This document shows, in pieces, positions 36,617 through 36,896 of a stretch of 36,896 nt of DNA. Source of the DNA: a virus (Duplodnaviria > Caudoviricetes); IMG/VR virus record IMGVR_UViG_3300008255_000256, positions 1-36,896 of that record; one strand, 5' to 3'. Every line of letters begins with the position of its first letter. Within the stretch, counting starts at the first letter, position 1. The notes beneath the pieces were generated by a model, which searched no databases, was not told where the DNA came from, and saw only the letters and a program-made list of their open reading frames with translations. The position numbers and the translations under genes were made by a program.

Positions 36617-36896
36617 ATGAAAATAGAAAAAGGCATTCTGATTTCAATAGAAGAATCAGACATTAAAAATGGAATTCTTAAATTACCAAAACGATTAAAA
36701 AAGATAGGTGATAATTTTGATAGCTTGTCTGCAAAATATATTCACGCGCCATCTGTGACAACAGTCGGAAATTATTCGTTTAGCTCAAATTCCGCGTTTA
36801 CTGGTGGCGATTTCCCCGCACTGACAACAGTCGGAAATGATTCGTTTAGCTACAATGACGCGTTTACTGGTGGCGATTTCCCTGCACTGACAACAG
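36617..36896 (+). CDS. BspA-type leucine-rich repeat protein (3' truncated)
   Basis: Read manually: MKIEKGILISIEESDI...PSVTTVGNYSFSSNSAFTGGDFPALTTVGNDSF; open to the window end. Confidence 0.8.
   Translation, partial: MKIEKGILISIEESDIKNGILKLPKRLKKIGDNFDSLSAKYIHAPSVTTVGNYSFSSNSAFTGGDFPALTTVGNDSFSYNDAFTGGDFPALTT
36756..36896 (+). repeat. 66-bp coding tandem repeat
   Basis: Units start at 36756, 36822 and 36888 (TGACAACAG...); 22-aa period. Confidence 0.9.

Noticed and set aside
36756-36896. Direct repeats as a possible CRISPR array
   Set aside because: Contiguous 66-bp in-frame coding units without unique spacers
1-36896. Stop-codon reassignment, integrase or attachment site
   Set aside because: Genes tile densely in the standard code; no recombinase recognised, so lifestyle cannot be determined from this window

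Overview
AT-rich, gene-dense segment of a tailed dsDNA phage (or prophage) genome. The host is most likely a Bacteroidota bacterium, judged from repeated TAnnTTTG / TTTG promoter elements, A-rich start contexts without Shine-Dalgarno sites and a Bacteroidota-style lipoprotein. Bases 1-23.4 kb (+) hold the morphogenesis and lysis block. It combines a lambda-like head (GpA terminase, lambda-family portal, ClpP-type protease, decoration protein, gpE-like capsid) with a Mu-like contractile tail, and the tail genes sit between terminase and portal. Bases 23.6-29.4 kb (-) hold RecT, a RecE-like exonuclease, a PIF1/RecD-like helicase and small ORFs. Bases 29.4-36.9 kb (+) hold an HTH regulator, an SSB-like protein, an SF2 helicase, YopX, VRR-NUC, a primase-helicase and a truncated LRR gene. 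No integrase, CRISPR array or reverse transcriptase was recognised. The main oddities are: (1) a continuous 353-aa intein in the helicase DExH motif with a 241-aa Vsr/DUF559-like endonuclease overprinted in the +1 frame behind its own promoter-like motif; (2) a stand-alone lipoprotein that is a paralog of the adjacent tail-fibre C-terminal domain; (3) two related ~120-nt tRNA-like RNAs lacking an anticodon loop; (4) an AACCGAA motif abutting six early-region ATGs, with its complement inside two ORF-less promoter-terminator units. All calls are by eye from motifs and synteny; no searches were run.
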